Below, one piece after another: positions 18,008-27,491 of a stretch of DNA of 64,000 nucleotides; within the stretch, counting starts at the first letter, position 1, and each line of letters begins with the position of its first letter. The position numbers were made by a program, and so were the translations under genes. The stretch comes from an uncultured Dehalococcoidales bacterium (GTDB lineage: Bacteria; Chloroflexota; Dehalococcoidia; Dehalococcoidales; BS750m-G39). The notes under the pieces are model-generated. The model had not been told where the DNA came from. It searched no databases and saw only the letters and a list, made by a program, of their open reading frames with translations. The stretch is from assembly GCA_964505425.1 (NCBI GenBank), contig CAZDHX010000006.1:700-64699 (forward strand), given 5' to 3'.

Positions 18008-18886
18008 TTAGACAGAGAGTCCAGCCAAATCAGCAACTTGGTTGAGGGCGTCTCTGGTAAATACCTTCAGCATTTCCTTGCGATACTCAGCAGAGCCACG
18101 AATGTCATCTATTGGGCTTGCTTCACTTGATGCTACCTGGGCTGCTTCCCGGATTAACTCATTATTGAGAGCTTTTCCCTTTATTGTCGCTTCTGCTTTA
18201 TAAGCTCTAATTGGAGTGGGTGCTACCGAACCAAGTGCGATTTTTACATCGTTACAAGTCTTGCCACTTGAATCTAAGGTGATTACTACAGCTACTCCTA
18301 CTAAGGCTAGTTCTTGACCCCCCTTGATACTACATTTCAGGTATGCTCCATGTGTATTGGGTAGTAATTGGGCTATCTGGACTTCAGTCATTAGTTCATC
18401 AGGTTTACGCACCGTATCTGCGGGTCCGGTAAAGAAATCCGTAAGAGCAACCAGCCTCTCTCCAGCAGTGCTGACCAGCTTGACCCTTGCCGACAGTGCC
18501 ATAAGGATGGGTGCCATATCTGCGGCAGGTGAGGCATTGCATAAATTACCTCCGATAGTCGCTACATTACGAATCGGAATAGAGGCTAATTGGGCAGCTG
18601 CTTGCGGAATCATCTTATACTCGGTTTTTAGTACTGACGATGTCTCAATCTCACGGATAGTAGTCAGGGCACCAATGCAAAGCCCGGCTTTGTGGTCAGC
18701 ATTGATGGACTTATAACTATCCAGGTTACCTATATTAACAACATACTGGGGCTTAAGTGACTTCTCCCGCATCAGTGGCACAAGGTCAGTGCCACCAGCC
18801 AGCACTTTTACCTTCTCTCCATACTTAGTTAGTATAGAGAGCACTTCCTCCATGGATTTTGGTTCTAGATAAACGAATGGTCCCAT
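18008..18886 (-). CDS. FAD-binding medium subunit of Mo-hydroxylase (CoxM/XdhB-like)
   Basis: 292 aa with AGGTDL and IGGNL motifs of the FAD_binding_5 fold. Confidence 0.8.
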   Translation of the reverse strand: MGPFVYLEPKSMEEVLSILTKYGEKVKVLAGGTDLVPLMREKSLKPQYVVNIGNLDSYKSINADHKAGLCIGALTTIREIETSSVLKTEYKMIPQAAAQLASIPIRNVATIGGNLCNASPAADMAPILMALSARVKLVSTAGERLVALTDFFTGPADTVRKPDELMTEVQIAQLLPNTHGAYLKCSIKGGQELALVGVAVVITLDSSGKTCNDVKIALGSVAPTPIRAYKAEATIKGKALNNELIREAAQVASSEASPIDDIRGSAEYRKEMLKVFTRDALNQVADLAGLSV

Positions 18887-18971
18887 AATATCTCCAAATA
18901 TCAGCTATTTTTATCGACGCGTGACTTGGTAGCAATACCCTGTGGGGGTATCATAATTATTGATTGAGAGG

Positions 18972-19685
18972 CTAAGAGCTAGTTTTTGAGACACCTAGAT
19001 ATATATTCCTGACCTCGTCGTTCTTTTTCAGTTCCTCGGGTGTAGACTCATGTACTATGGTTCCTTTACTTATTATGTAGGCATAATCAGCCACAGATAA
19101 CGTCATGGAAAGGTGTTGCTCTACCAATAGAATGGAAAAGCCGCTCTGCTTAAGCTGACCTATGATTTTCCCAATCTCTTGGACCATTATCGGAGCTAAA
19201 CCCTCTGAAGGCTCATCCATCAAAAGCAAATCGGGATTGGTCATTAGCGCACGGGCAATGGTTAACATCTGCTGCTCCCCGCCGCTGAGGAGGGTACCGG
19301 TAATGTTCTCCCGTGCCTTTAGAACCGGGAAAGTGGCATATACTCTGTCTAAAGACCAAGCTTTGGATCCTTCAGTATGTCGTGCTGACATGGTAAGGTT
19401 TTCTTTTACAGTTAACGAGCGAAAAATGTGCCGTCCCTGGGGAATGTAACCAATACCCAGCTGAGCAATCTTAAATGGCTGTAGACCAGTGATGTTTTTT
19501 TTCTTAAAACGAATCGTGCCACTGCGAGGGGGAGTGAGACCAATGATTGAGCGAATAGTAGTTGTTTTACCCATTCCATTGCGACCAAGAAGGGCTACCA
19601 CTGAGCCCTGCTCAACTTTTAGCTTAATGCCTTGGAGAACATGACTTTCCCCGTAGTATGTGTGAACATTAGCTAGCTCAAGCAC
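18972..19685 (-). CDS. livF: branched-chain amino acid-type ABC transporter ATP-binding protein (LivF-like)
   Basis: Walker A GRNGMGKTT, signature LSGGEQQ, Walker B LLLMDEPS. Confidence 0.85.
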   Translation of the reverse strand: MLELANVHTYYGESHVLQGIKLKVEQGSVVALLGRNGMGKTTTIRSIIGLTPPRSGTIRFKKKNITGLQPFKIAQLGIGYIPQGRHIFRSLTVKENLTMSARHTEGSKAWSLDRVYATFPVLKARENITGTLLSGGEQQMLTIARALMTNPDLLLMDEPSEGLAPIMVQEIGKIIGQLKQSGFSILLVEQHLSMTLSVADYAYIISKGTIVHESTPEELKKNDEVRNIYLGVSKTSS

Positions 19686-20436
19686 TTCCTGCCTCCTCCT
19701 CTGTTCCCATATAGATTTCCTTAACCCTTGAATTAGCCTGGATTTCCTGAGGCGTCCCGTCAGCGATTATCTCTCCATAATGGAGTACCATGATACGCTT
19801 GGCCATACCGAAGACCAGGTCCATGTCATGAGCGACAAGAGCCACGGTAATATCAGGTCCCAGGTTACCAATCATAGTGACAATATCAGCACTTTCAGCA
19901 GCAGTTAACCCGGAACTGGGTTCGTCGAGCAATAATAGCTTTGGTTCCGAAGCTATACTAAGACTGATCTCCAACCTTCGCTGTTCACCGTAACTTAAGG
20001 ATTGCGCAAGCTCTTCCCTCTTATCCCACAAAGCCACTGATTCCAGTAATTCCTGAGCTTTATTATACATATGTTTATAGGCAGAAATTGGACGAAGTAG
20101 TTGATAACGGGGCGCTCCGGTGCCTTGAATAGCCAGCAGGATATTGTGAAGGACGGTAAGTTTGAAGAAAAGGCTGCTTAATTGGAAAGAGCGACCCTGT
20201 CCTAGAGAGGTGCGGTGGCGTGTCGGCGCATTGGTAATTTCCTGTCCGAAGAGATATATCCGGCCATCTGTAGCTTTTAATTGTCCATTGAGCAGGTTAA
20301 ACAGGGTGGTCTTTCCTGCCCCATTAGGACCAATAATGGCTAATCTCTCCCCAGTTTCAATGGCGAAAGAGACATTATTTAATGCCGTAACACCACCAAA
20401 GGTTTTTGTTAACCCCTCAACCCTCAGTGTTTCCAT
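19678..20436 (-). CDS. livG: branched-chain amino acid-type ABC transporter ATP-binding protein (LivG-like)
   Basis: Walker A GPNGAGKTT, signature LSYGEQR, Walker B LLLLDEPS. Confidence 0.85.
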   Translation of the reverse strand: METLRVEGLTKTFGGVTALNNVSFAIETGERLAIIGPNGAGKTTLFNLLNGQLKATDGRIYLFGQEITNAPTRHRTSLGQGRSFQLSSLFFKLTVLHNILLAIQGTGAPRYQLLRPISAYKHMYNKAQELLESVALWDKREELAQSLSYGEQRRLEISLSIASEPKLLLLDEPSSGLTAAESADIVTMIGNLGPDITVALVAHDMDLVFGMAKRIMVLHYGEIIADGTPQEIQANSRVKEIYMGTEEEAGSA

Positions 20437-21427
20437 AGCTGTACCTCTTTTTAAGTTTCTTCCAAAGGCTGTTCAAACGAGGGTATATCCCGCCGCGAAT
20501 AAACATGACACTGATAACAAAAATAATACCTAAAATTAGTGGCCAGCGCTCGGGGAAATATATACTGGCAATGTATTCTATGCCAATTACAACCGCAGCC
20601 CCAATAACCGGTCCAATAAGGGTTCCAGCCCCACCAAGAATTACACAAAGTACTGCATATGTAGAAGCGAGCATGCCGAGCTGATAGGGGGATATGAGCA
20701 TGTTCCAGTGTATAAAGAACACACCGCCTATCCCGGCGAAGAATCCGGCAATAATAAAGGCAACATATTTATATAGCCAGGTATTGTAACCCAGGGCACG
20801 CATCCGGGGTTCATTCTCACGGATGCCTTGCAGGACATGCCCAAAGGGAGAACGTACAATCAAACGTAACAGGAGAAAAGAGATAATAAAAGCCACAAAA
20901 ACCAAATAGTAAAGTGAAAGAGTAGAGTAGGTGAACCCGGGAATACCGAGGTTTAGAGCTGGTATCGTCAGGCCAAATGCGCCGCCAGTAAGGTGATACC
21001 ACTCCCAGGCAATACTAAAAAGTGCTTGTCCCAGAGCAAGTGTGACCATTAGAAAATAAAGTCCAGATACCCGGAGGGCAATAGCACCAAAGGCGGCGGC
21101 AAATACTGTTGCCATCAAAATGCTCCAGGGTGCGGTTTGTAAAAATGTAGTAGCACCGAAATGGTGCATTAAAATAGCAGTAGTATAACCTGCCACCCCA
21201 AAGAAGCAAGCATGACCCAAGGAAGAAAGCCCGGTATAGCCCCAGATAAGGTCCAAACTTATGGCAAAGATGGCAAAAACAAGGATCTTGGTCATCATGC
21301 TCTGTAGATACATAGGGAGGAGAAGGGGTATTATAAGAAGGATTATACCTACTAGAGTATAAGGGGCAAAACGAATCAATTGTCCCTGCCATGGCTGTCC
21401 AACAGATTTAAGTTCGGCTATTTTCAA
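20417..21427 (-). CDS. livM: Liv-type ABC transporter permease (LivM-like)
   Basis: 336 aa polytopic protein. Gene order H-M-G-F. Confidence 0.8.
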   Translation of the reverse strand: MKIAELKSVGQPWQGQLIRFAPYTLVGIILLIIPLLLPMYLQSMMTKILVFAIFAISLDLIWGYTGLSSLGHACFFGVAGYTTAILMHHFGATTFLQTAPWSILMATVFAAAFGAIALRVSGLYFLMVTLALGQALFSIAWEWYHLTGGAFGLTIPALNLGIPGFTYSTLSLYYLVFVAFIISFLLLRLIVRSPFGHVLQGIRENEPRMRALGYNTWLYKYVAFIIAGFFAGIGGVFFIHWNMLISPYQLGMLASTYAVLCVILGGAGTLIGPVIGAAVVIGIEYIASIYFPERWPLILGIIFVISVMFIRGGIYPRLNSLWKKLKKRYSYGNTEG

Positions 21428-22290
21428 CCTCCAGACTTTCGCGGCAGAATGCCGGAAGGTTTGATCATCAAGATAATTATCATAACTATATACATGAAAA
21501 ACATAGAAAGGTCTGGGAACAGTGCTCTACCAAAAGCATCTACTAGCCCTATCAGCATGGCCCCGATAAGAGCACCCTGTATCGAGCCCATACCGCCGAC
21601 AACGAGCACAATTAAGGCATAAAGCAGAATATCCCATGCCATCCCAATGCGCGGCCCCATCATCTGGGCTCCAATTACACCGGTAAACCCGGCCAAAACA
21701 GCGCCCAGGAAAAAGACAAGGTAATTAATCCGCCCCAGGTTTATGCCCAAAGCTGTTGTCGTGTCTTTATCATCCATTCCTGCCCGAACAATAGCGCCTA
21801 TCTTGGTCTTCTCCAGTAGCCACCACAAAGCGAAAATCAAGATTATCCCGACACCGATGGTGAATATGCGGTGAACAGGATACTCCCCGCCGGCAATAGG
21901 GAAGGTACCGGACAGAATATCTGGATGATAGGGCATGCGAGCCCTCCCCCCAAAAATCCATAGACTTATGTTCATCAGGATATAGATAAAGCCAATGGTG
22001 AGCAGTACTTGCTCATCTACTTGTCCATATAAACGGGATAGGAATCCCTGCTCAATAGCTAAGCCAATCAACCCAGCAATGAGGGTCCCTACTACTAAAG
22101 CCAACCAGTAGCTATAGCCCAGTTGCACTACCATCACCCAGCCAACAAAGCTGGCAACCATAAACAAGGCGCCGTGGGCTAGGTTGATAATACCCATGAG
22201 CCCAAGGGTTATTGATAAACCGATGGTTAAAAGGAACAGTATCATGCCAAAGGAGATACCATTCAGCAAACTTACCGTTACAAATTCCAA
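21424..22290 (-). CDS. livH: Liv-type ABC transporter permease (LivH-like)
   Basis: 288 aa polytopic protein, overlaps livM by 4 nt. Confidence 0.8.
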   Translation of the reverse strand: MEFVTVSLLNGISFGMILFLLTIGLSITLGLMGIINLAHGALFMVASFVGWVMVVQLGYSYWLALVVGTLIAGLIGLAIEQGFLSRLYGQVDEQVLLTIGFIYILMNISLWIFGGRARMPYHPDILSGTFPIAGGEYPVHRIFTIGVGIILIFALWWLLEKTKIGAIVRAGMDDKDTTTALGINLGRINYLVFFLGAVLAGFTGVIGAQMMGPRIGMAWDILLYALIVLVVGGMGSIQGALIGAMLIGLVDAFGRALFPDLSMFFMYIVMIIILMIKPSGILPRKSGG

Positions 22291-22329
22291 GACAACGCCT
22301 CTCTTTGCAAACTACCTAGGCTTCGTAAG

Positions 22330-22361
22330 GGCAAGCTGGGGCTTCCCAGCCCCAGCTTGCC
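22330..22361 (-). other. 13-bp GC-rich intercistronic hairpin after the binding-protein gene
   Basis: GGCAAGCTGGGGC-ttccca-GCCCCAGCTTGCC. No U-tract on either strand. Confidence 0.5.
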
Positions 22362-22396
22362 TACCACCTTACTCTGTCCTTTATTTTGTCCACAAA

Positions 22397-23638
22397 TTAT
22401 GGTTTGGTATAGTAACCGGGGTATGTAAGATTACTAAATTCCTTGATGACACGGAAGGTAAGAACATTCGTTTCACCAAACATGTCCATCTTGTCCACCT
22501 GAGTCACGAAAGCGCCGCAGATGGGGTATCCCTCGGGGTCAAAGGTCATTTTTCCCTTTAAAGTATCATATGTTGACCCTATTATCTCGTCGCGCACTGC
22601 CGTGTCATCGGTGTTGCCATTGAGAGCGTCTACTGCCTCCAGATATATATTAGTAGCAACATAAGCGCCAAAACCCGTGCAGGGATTCGGGTACCTTCCA
22701 TTCTCCTCTTTAAACGTGGACACGTAGTTGTGCATTGCTGTCGTGTCGTAACCGCTTGGGAATTCGGTTACCACATACATACCCATAGTCCAGTCGCCGA
22801 GCTCGGCTAAATCTGGCTCATAGAAGCTGTCGTTAAGCCCACACATTAGTGGTTGCTTGTCCCAGAGGCCGAATTCGTGGTACTGTTTTACTATCAGCGG
22901 CATCATGGGACCGGTGAACCATGAGAATGTCATATCAGCATCTTTCAAGGCGGCAAGATAGGGGCCGAAATCTACTGTGCCAAACGGCGCCCATTGTTGT
23001 TGAACTATTGTTCCTCCGGCATCGGTAAAGCCATGGACAAAACCGCCGGTAGTCTGGTATCCAGTTTCGTAGTCATGAGATAGAGTGGCCGCCGTCCTCA
23101 TGCCCAGTTCTTCATAAGCATACTTGCCCACGGCATAGTCTATCTGGGCGGCAGAGCCTGTGTTGCATATATCATAGCGTTGTGACGCCGGGATGCCGAT
23201 TTCCTCCTCGCTCATAGACCAGGGTAGGAACTCACCGCGCCACCCCTGTCCGATAGTAAGCACTCCCAGGCCATTACAGTAGTCTCTCATCCCTAGAAAC
23301 GGGCCAGAGCACGAAGGCTGGAGAATAACGTCTACGTTGTCAACCTCCACCAGTTTCTTGGCATGGTCCAGAGCCATAACCGCGTCAACTGAGCCGTCAT
23401 CCTCGTAGTAATATTCTATCGGTCTGCCAGCAACCTCATGGTTCCACTCATCAAGTGCAATCGCGACGCCAGCATTTGAGTCTGGTCCCCAAAATGCTAT
23501 ATCGCCGGTAAGAGAAACGAGTGCTCCTATTCTTACCGGCTCTTCTGTCGTTGCTTTTGGAGCGCAGCCACTGATAAATGGTACTACCGCTAGCGGGATG
23601 ATTATTAATACGCTAAATAGTATTAATAATTTCTTCAA
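22397..23638 (-). CDS. Liv/Amide-type ABC transporter periplasmic substrate-binding lipoprotein
   Basis: 413 aa. Lipobox ISGCAP and a type-I periplasmic binding-fold pattern (IGALVSLTGD). Confidence 0.8.
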   Translation of the reverse strand: MKKLLILFSVLIIIPLAVVPFISGCAPKATTEEPVRIGALVSLTGDIAFWGPDSNAGVAIALDEWNHEVAGRPIEYYYEDDGSVDAVMALDHAKKLVEVDNVDVILQPSCSGPFLGMRDYCNGLGVLTIGQGWRGEFLPWSMSEEEIGIPASQRYDICNTGSAAQIDYAVGKYAYEELGMRTAATLSHDYETGYQTTGGFVHGFTDAGGTIVQQQWAPFGTVDFGPYLAALKDADMTFSWFTGPMMPLIVKQYHEFGLWDKQPLMCGLNDSFYEPDLAELGDWTMGMYVVTEFPSGYDTTAMHNYVSTFKEENGRYPNPCTGFGAYVATNIYLEAVDALNGNTDDTAVRDEIIGSTYDTLKGKMTFDPEGYPICGAFVTQVDKMDMFGETNVLTFRVIKEFSNLTYPGYYTKP

Positions 23639-23780
23639 TTAAACACCTCCCTATACTTTCTGAATTTCCAGATTACAGACTGTTCAATGCTCTCTGAATT
23701 ACTCCATCTATCACCCCCAAATTTTCTTTAATATTATCTGTAACCAGAACTGAGGATGTTACCGGTGCCTCATGGCGTAA

Positions 23781-23809
23781 ACTATACACTCAGCTTAAGT
23801 TGTTGTCAA
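23781..23809 (-). promoter_or_regulatory. promoter copy A: TTGACA-17-TATAGT toward the liv/Mo-hydroxylase operon
   Basis: Minus strand: TTGACA (23809..23804), 17-nt spacer, TATAGT (23786..23781). Confidence 0.5.
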
Positions 23810-23815
23810 GCGACA

Positions 23816-23844
23816 ACTATACACGCAGATTGAGCTGTTGTCAA
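23816..23844 (-). promoter_or_regulatory. promoter copy B: TTGACA-17-TATAGT, tandem duplicate 35 bp upstream of copy A
   Basis: Minus strand: TTGACA (23844..23839), 17-nt spacer, TATAGT (23821..23816). 28/32 identity to copy A. Confidence 0.5.
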
Positions 23845-23899
23845 GCGTTGTGCTTCAGCGGAGTGAACGAGGAACCGAAGCAATAGCGGAGGCAAGGGC

Positions 23900-23929
23900 T
23901 TGACAACAGCTGAGGGGGGGTTGTATCAT
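23900..23929 (+). promoter_or_regulatory. promoter TTGACA-18-TATCAT toward the MFS gene
   Basis: Shares the 14-nt GCTTGACAACAGCT core with copy B, in inverted orientation. Confidence 0.45.
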
Positions 23930-24011
23930 TTTGTATTATTTTGCTATCATCGGTTTGCCCGAAAACGATTGAACCACTATTAGACTCTACAACTGGACCA
24001 CTATAAAATCT

Positions 24012-25244
24012 ATGAATGCCGAATACGGTGTGAGCGCTTCGCAGTCAAGACGACGATGGGTCATGCTCGGTATTGCTTTTATGTGCATGCTGACCTATGG
24101 GGCCACGCTGCAAGCGGTTGCCCCGGTCCTGAGCCTCATTATGGATAATTTCTCTCTATCGCATGCTCAGGGAGGGCTCCTAACCAGCCTTTATGCAGTA
24201 CCTGGATTAATTATCGCTATTCCGGCTGGCATGCTCGCCGACCGCTACGGGCAAAAGGTAATAGCTTTGGTCTCCTTCTCCCTGTCGATTGCTGGCACAG
24301 TAATCGTCGCTACAGGCACCTGTTTGTCCGTCTTAATCTTGGGCAGGATACTGACCGGAGCGGGGGCTATGACCCTCATGGTGCTGGGCCCCCAGTTGCT
24401 GGCTCAGTGGTTTAGGGGACGTGAAGTGGGGACAGCGATGGGGGTGTTTAATGCCGGATTCATGGTAGGTAGTATCCTCTCCCTTTACTTATTGGCAATG
24501 GCAGGTGAGAGCTGGGGCTGGCGAGCTACCATCTGGCTCAGTGCCGGTGTACCTCTCTTAGGGTTGGTATTATTCGCTTTATTCTTTGCTCCGGCGCCAG
24601 GGGGAGGTCAGAAAATATCAGGAGGAGGGGAAACAGGGCGACCTGAAAGCTTGCTTAAAGGCATTAAACTGGTTGGAGTACCAATCTGGATTGTTGGCGC
24701 TGCCTGGATGTTGTTTAATTGCTGCATGATTGCCCTCTTCGCCTTCACCCCAGACTTCTTGCAGACTACCGGGGTCAGTATTACCTCCTCTGGCTTTGTT
24801 ACTAGCGCCGTCATGTGGACTGGGCTGGTAGTGAGTCCCCTTGTCGGCTATATGATAGATAAGCTAGACCACAAGTTAGCTATTATTGCCATCAGCAGCA
24901 TAGTCTTGGCTGCTCTTGTGTTGTTAGTTCCCACGCTTACCGGCTGGATACTGGCGATAATGCTCATTATCGGCGTTGTACAGACCATGATGCCGGCGCC
25001 AATCTTTGCCTTGCCTCCTGATGTTACCAGTCCGAAGAGGCTGGGGCTTAGCTTTGGCATTCTTAGCTTCTTTCTTAGCCTGGGGATAGTAGTTGGTCCC
25101 GCCGTAGCCGGATTAGTTAGGGATGTTACTGGCTCTTACCTGGCAAGTTATGTTCTAATGGCGGTCTTCTCACTCTTGGTTGCTCTCTCTATGCTAATCC
25201 TGGGACGGACGCGAAGACGAGTAGTTGCCGCACGCTCAGATTAA
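24012..25244 (+). CDS. MFS transporter
   Basis: 410 aa, 12 predicted helices, loop motif MLADRYGQK (D-R-x-G-R/K-like). Confidence 0.8.
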   Translation: MNAEYGVSASQSRRRWVMLGIAFMCMLTYGATLQAVAPVLSLIMDNFSLSHAQGGLLTSLYAVPGLIIAIPAGMLADRYGQKVIALVSFSLSIAGTVIVATGTCLSVLILGRILTGAGAMTLMVLGPQLLAQWFRGREVGTAMGVFNAGFMVGSILSLYLLAMAGESWGWRATIWLSAGVPLLGLVLFALFFAPAPGGGQKISGGGETGRPESLLKGIKLVGVPIWIVGAAWMLFNCCMIALFAFTPDFLQTTGVSITSSGFVTSAVMWTGLVVSPLVGYMIDKLDHKLAIIAISSIVLAALVLLVPTLTGWILAIMLIIGVVQTMMPAPIFALPPDVTSPKRLGLSFGILSFFLSLGIVVGPAVAGLVRDVTGSYLASYVLMAVFSLLVALSMLILGRTRRRVVAARSD

Positions 25245-25304
25245 CGTCGTGGACCACCTGCCTCGTTGGTCTCTTTACGACAAGCTCACCTCAGTATAGA
25301 TAAA

Positions 25305-26519
25305 CTATCCGCTCCTCAGGTTCCGGATAATTTCTCCCCAACTAGGTCTTTTCCCGTACATCAGTAAATAAGTCCTGAGAAGCTTGGCTGCCAGCAACAG
25401 CCCTCCAGCGATGCATAAAACCAGCACCGCTATGCTTACTACTAGCTGCCATGCCGGGACACCGGTCATGCCCAGCCGCAACATCACCAGCACCGGCGCA
25501 GAGAAGGGGAAAATACTGAAAACCACCCAAATCGGACTGTTCGGGAATAGCATGATTAAAGAGTAGAACCAGATTGGGGCAATTGCGAAAATTCCAAATA
25601 TAGCCGCTAATCCCTGTGCTTCTCGAACAGTGCCACTGATGGCAGCGACGCCAGCCGAAAGCACGGCAAACAATAAGTAACCCAGGATGAAATAGGCTAC
25701 ACCCAGAATAAGAAAATTGGCCGGTATTTGTATCGTACTAATAAAGCCCCCGATAGACGAGGAGGCTAGATTTAGCAGGAGTGGAATTGAAATTACCCAG
25801 ACGACTATCTGAGCTAACCCGGCAGCACCAATACCCAAGACTTTGCTGATTATCAACTGCCGTGTGGAAACCGAGGATAACAAAATCTCCATAAGGCGAT
25901 TCTCTTTCTCCTCGCCAAGTCCTTGCAATACATAAGAGGAAGAGAAGGAGAGCGAGAGCGCTAGTAGAAGGCTAAAAATCCCCGGGATAATAAGATTGGT
26001 AAGTCCACCTTGCTCCGAGGCTACTTCACCGGTTTCAGTAAGCGCGGTAGTCACCAGGTTCAATGGTGTTTCAACCCTGGTAATAACGTTGGTGGGCACC
26101 TTGCCCGCCAACAGATTACTTGAAATGAAATTCTGTATGGCGGCGGTAGTGGCAGCAGGCGGCGTAACCTCTCTCTGTGTAATATAACGTTTAATTATTC
26201 CCGTCGAGACAAAATCCGGCGGAATGACGAAGTATTCGGTAATATTCTTATTTATCAAAGCCTGGGTGGCGGCTTCCGGAGTATCAAAACGAACGAAGGT
26301 CATGTTCCCTTGGGTGGTAAACTGCTCAAAACCTCCAACTTCATCGACGTAGCCGATTTTGGTCACTTCTGCCGGAGGCTTCACAATACCTGATGTGATA
26401 TGGAGAATTCCTATACCAAGTAGAGCAATCACCGGCAGTGAGAGAGCCAGGATAATAAACCCGGTCCTTTTTATCGTGTGCAGGAACTCATGTCTGAATA
26501 TCAAGAGCGTCTTACTCAT
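25305..26519 (-). CDS. ABC-2 type transporter permease (NatB-like)
   Basis: 404 aa. One N-terminal helix, a large extracytoplasmic loop, then 5 C-terminal helices. Overlaps the ATPase gene by 4 nt. Confidence 0.7.
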   Translation of the reverse strand: MSKTLLIFRHEFLHTIKRTGFIILALSLPVIALLGIGILHITSGIVKPPAEVTKIGYVDEVGGFEQFTTQGNMTFVRFDTPEAATQALINKNITEYFVIPPDFVSTGIIKRYITQREVTPPAATTAAIQNFISSNLLAGKVPTNVITRVETPLNLVTTALTETGEVASEQGGLTNLIIPGIFSLLLALSLSFSSSYVLQGLGEEKENRLMEILLSSVSTRQLIISKVLGIGAAGLAQIVVWVISIPLLLNLASSSIGGFISTIQIPANFLILGVAYFILGYLLFAVLSAGVAAISGTVREAQGLAAIFGIFAIAPIWFYSLIMLFPNSPIWVVFSIFPFSAPVLVMLRLGMTGVPAWQLVVSIAVLVLCIAGGLLLAAKLLRTYLLMYGKRPSWGEIIRNLRSG

Positions 26520-27409
26520 GATTTGTTCCCCGCCACCTCCAAGAATATCTCGTTCAAGGAAGGAGTGGCTACTTCAAAGCGGTTAATCTCTACATTATGG
26601 TTTACTAGATAAGCCAGGACCTCCTTGGGAGTCGTGTTGTCATCAAGGACCAGCTCAACATAGCCTTTATTAGCACGCTTTTCGGTAATTCCCGGTATTT
26701 GTCCTAACTCACCTTCATAATCCAGAATAACCGAGTTACTTCTATATCTTGACTTTATTTCCTTGAGATTCCCATAAAGTACAGCGCGTCCCTTGTCTAT
26801 CATCAATATGCGGTCGCAAAGTTCCTCTACCTGATTCATCTGGTGTGTGCTCAGGATTACGGCTTTACCCTGATTCCTCAGCTCAGCGACCATTCCTTTT
26901 AATAGCTCGGTGTTAACCGGGTCGAGTCCGGCGAAGGGTTCGTCCAGGATAACCAACTTTGGGTCATGAATAATGGTAACGATGAACTGGATAATCTGCC
27001 CCATGCCCTTGCTCAGTTCCTCAATCCTCTTCCTTTTGTGGGATAGCATGTCGGTTCGATTGAGCAGCTCGTTAGCCTTTTCTTCGGCTGAGTGCCGGTC
27101 CATACCCTTTAACGAGGCAAGGTAGATGATAGAGTCGAGGACCCTCAGCTTTTTGTACAGTCCTCTTTCCTCAGGCAAGTAGCCAAGCTTATTTTTAATA
27201 GCTTCGCCTAACTTCTCGCCGAAGATGGTCACTTCGCCTGAGTCAGGCTTGATGATGTCCATCATCATCCTGATGGTGGTGGTCTTGCCGGCACCATTAG
27301 GACCAATCAGACCGAATATCTCACCTTGAGCGACCGAGAAAGACAGGTCGTCGACGGCGAGCTTATCGGCGAAGGACTTGACTATGTGGCTGACTTCAGC
27401 GGCAAGCAT
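26516..27409 (-). CDS. ABC transporter ATP-binding protein (ABC-2/NatA-like)
   Basis: Walker A GPNGAGKTT, signature LSKGMGQ, Walker B LVILDEPF. Confidence 0.85.
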   Translation of the reverse strand: MLAAEVSHIVKSFADKLAVDDLSFSVAQGEIFGLIGPNGAGKTTTIRMMMDIIKPDSGEVTIFGEKLGEAIKNKLGYLPEERGLYKKLRVLDSIIYLASLKGMDRHSAEEKANELLNRTDMLSHKRKRIEELSKGMGQIIQFIVTIIHDPKLVILDEPFAGLDPVNTELLKGMVAELRNQGKAVILSTHQMNQVEELCDRILMIDKGRAVLYGNLKEIKSRYRSNSVILDYEGELGQIPGITEKRANKGYVELVLDDNTTPKEVLAYLVNHNVEINRFEVATPSLNEIFLEVAGNKS

Positions 27410-27491
27410 ATTGGTAGCTCTTTCTTAAGTTCGAACATGTTATTAGATGATAGCTCTGTCAATACCACAAAGCAAGTCACCATGACTCGAG

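Noticed and set aside
23781-23847. 35-bp tandem direct repeat considered as a mini-CRISPR or satellite
   Set aside because: There are only two units, directly adjacent, with no spacer-like unique sequence. Each unit reads as a complete -35/-10 promoter on the minus strand. No cas genes are in the window.
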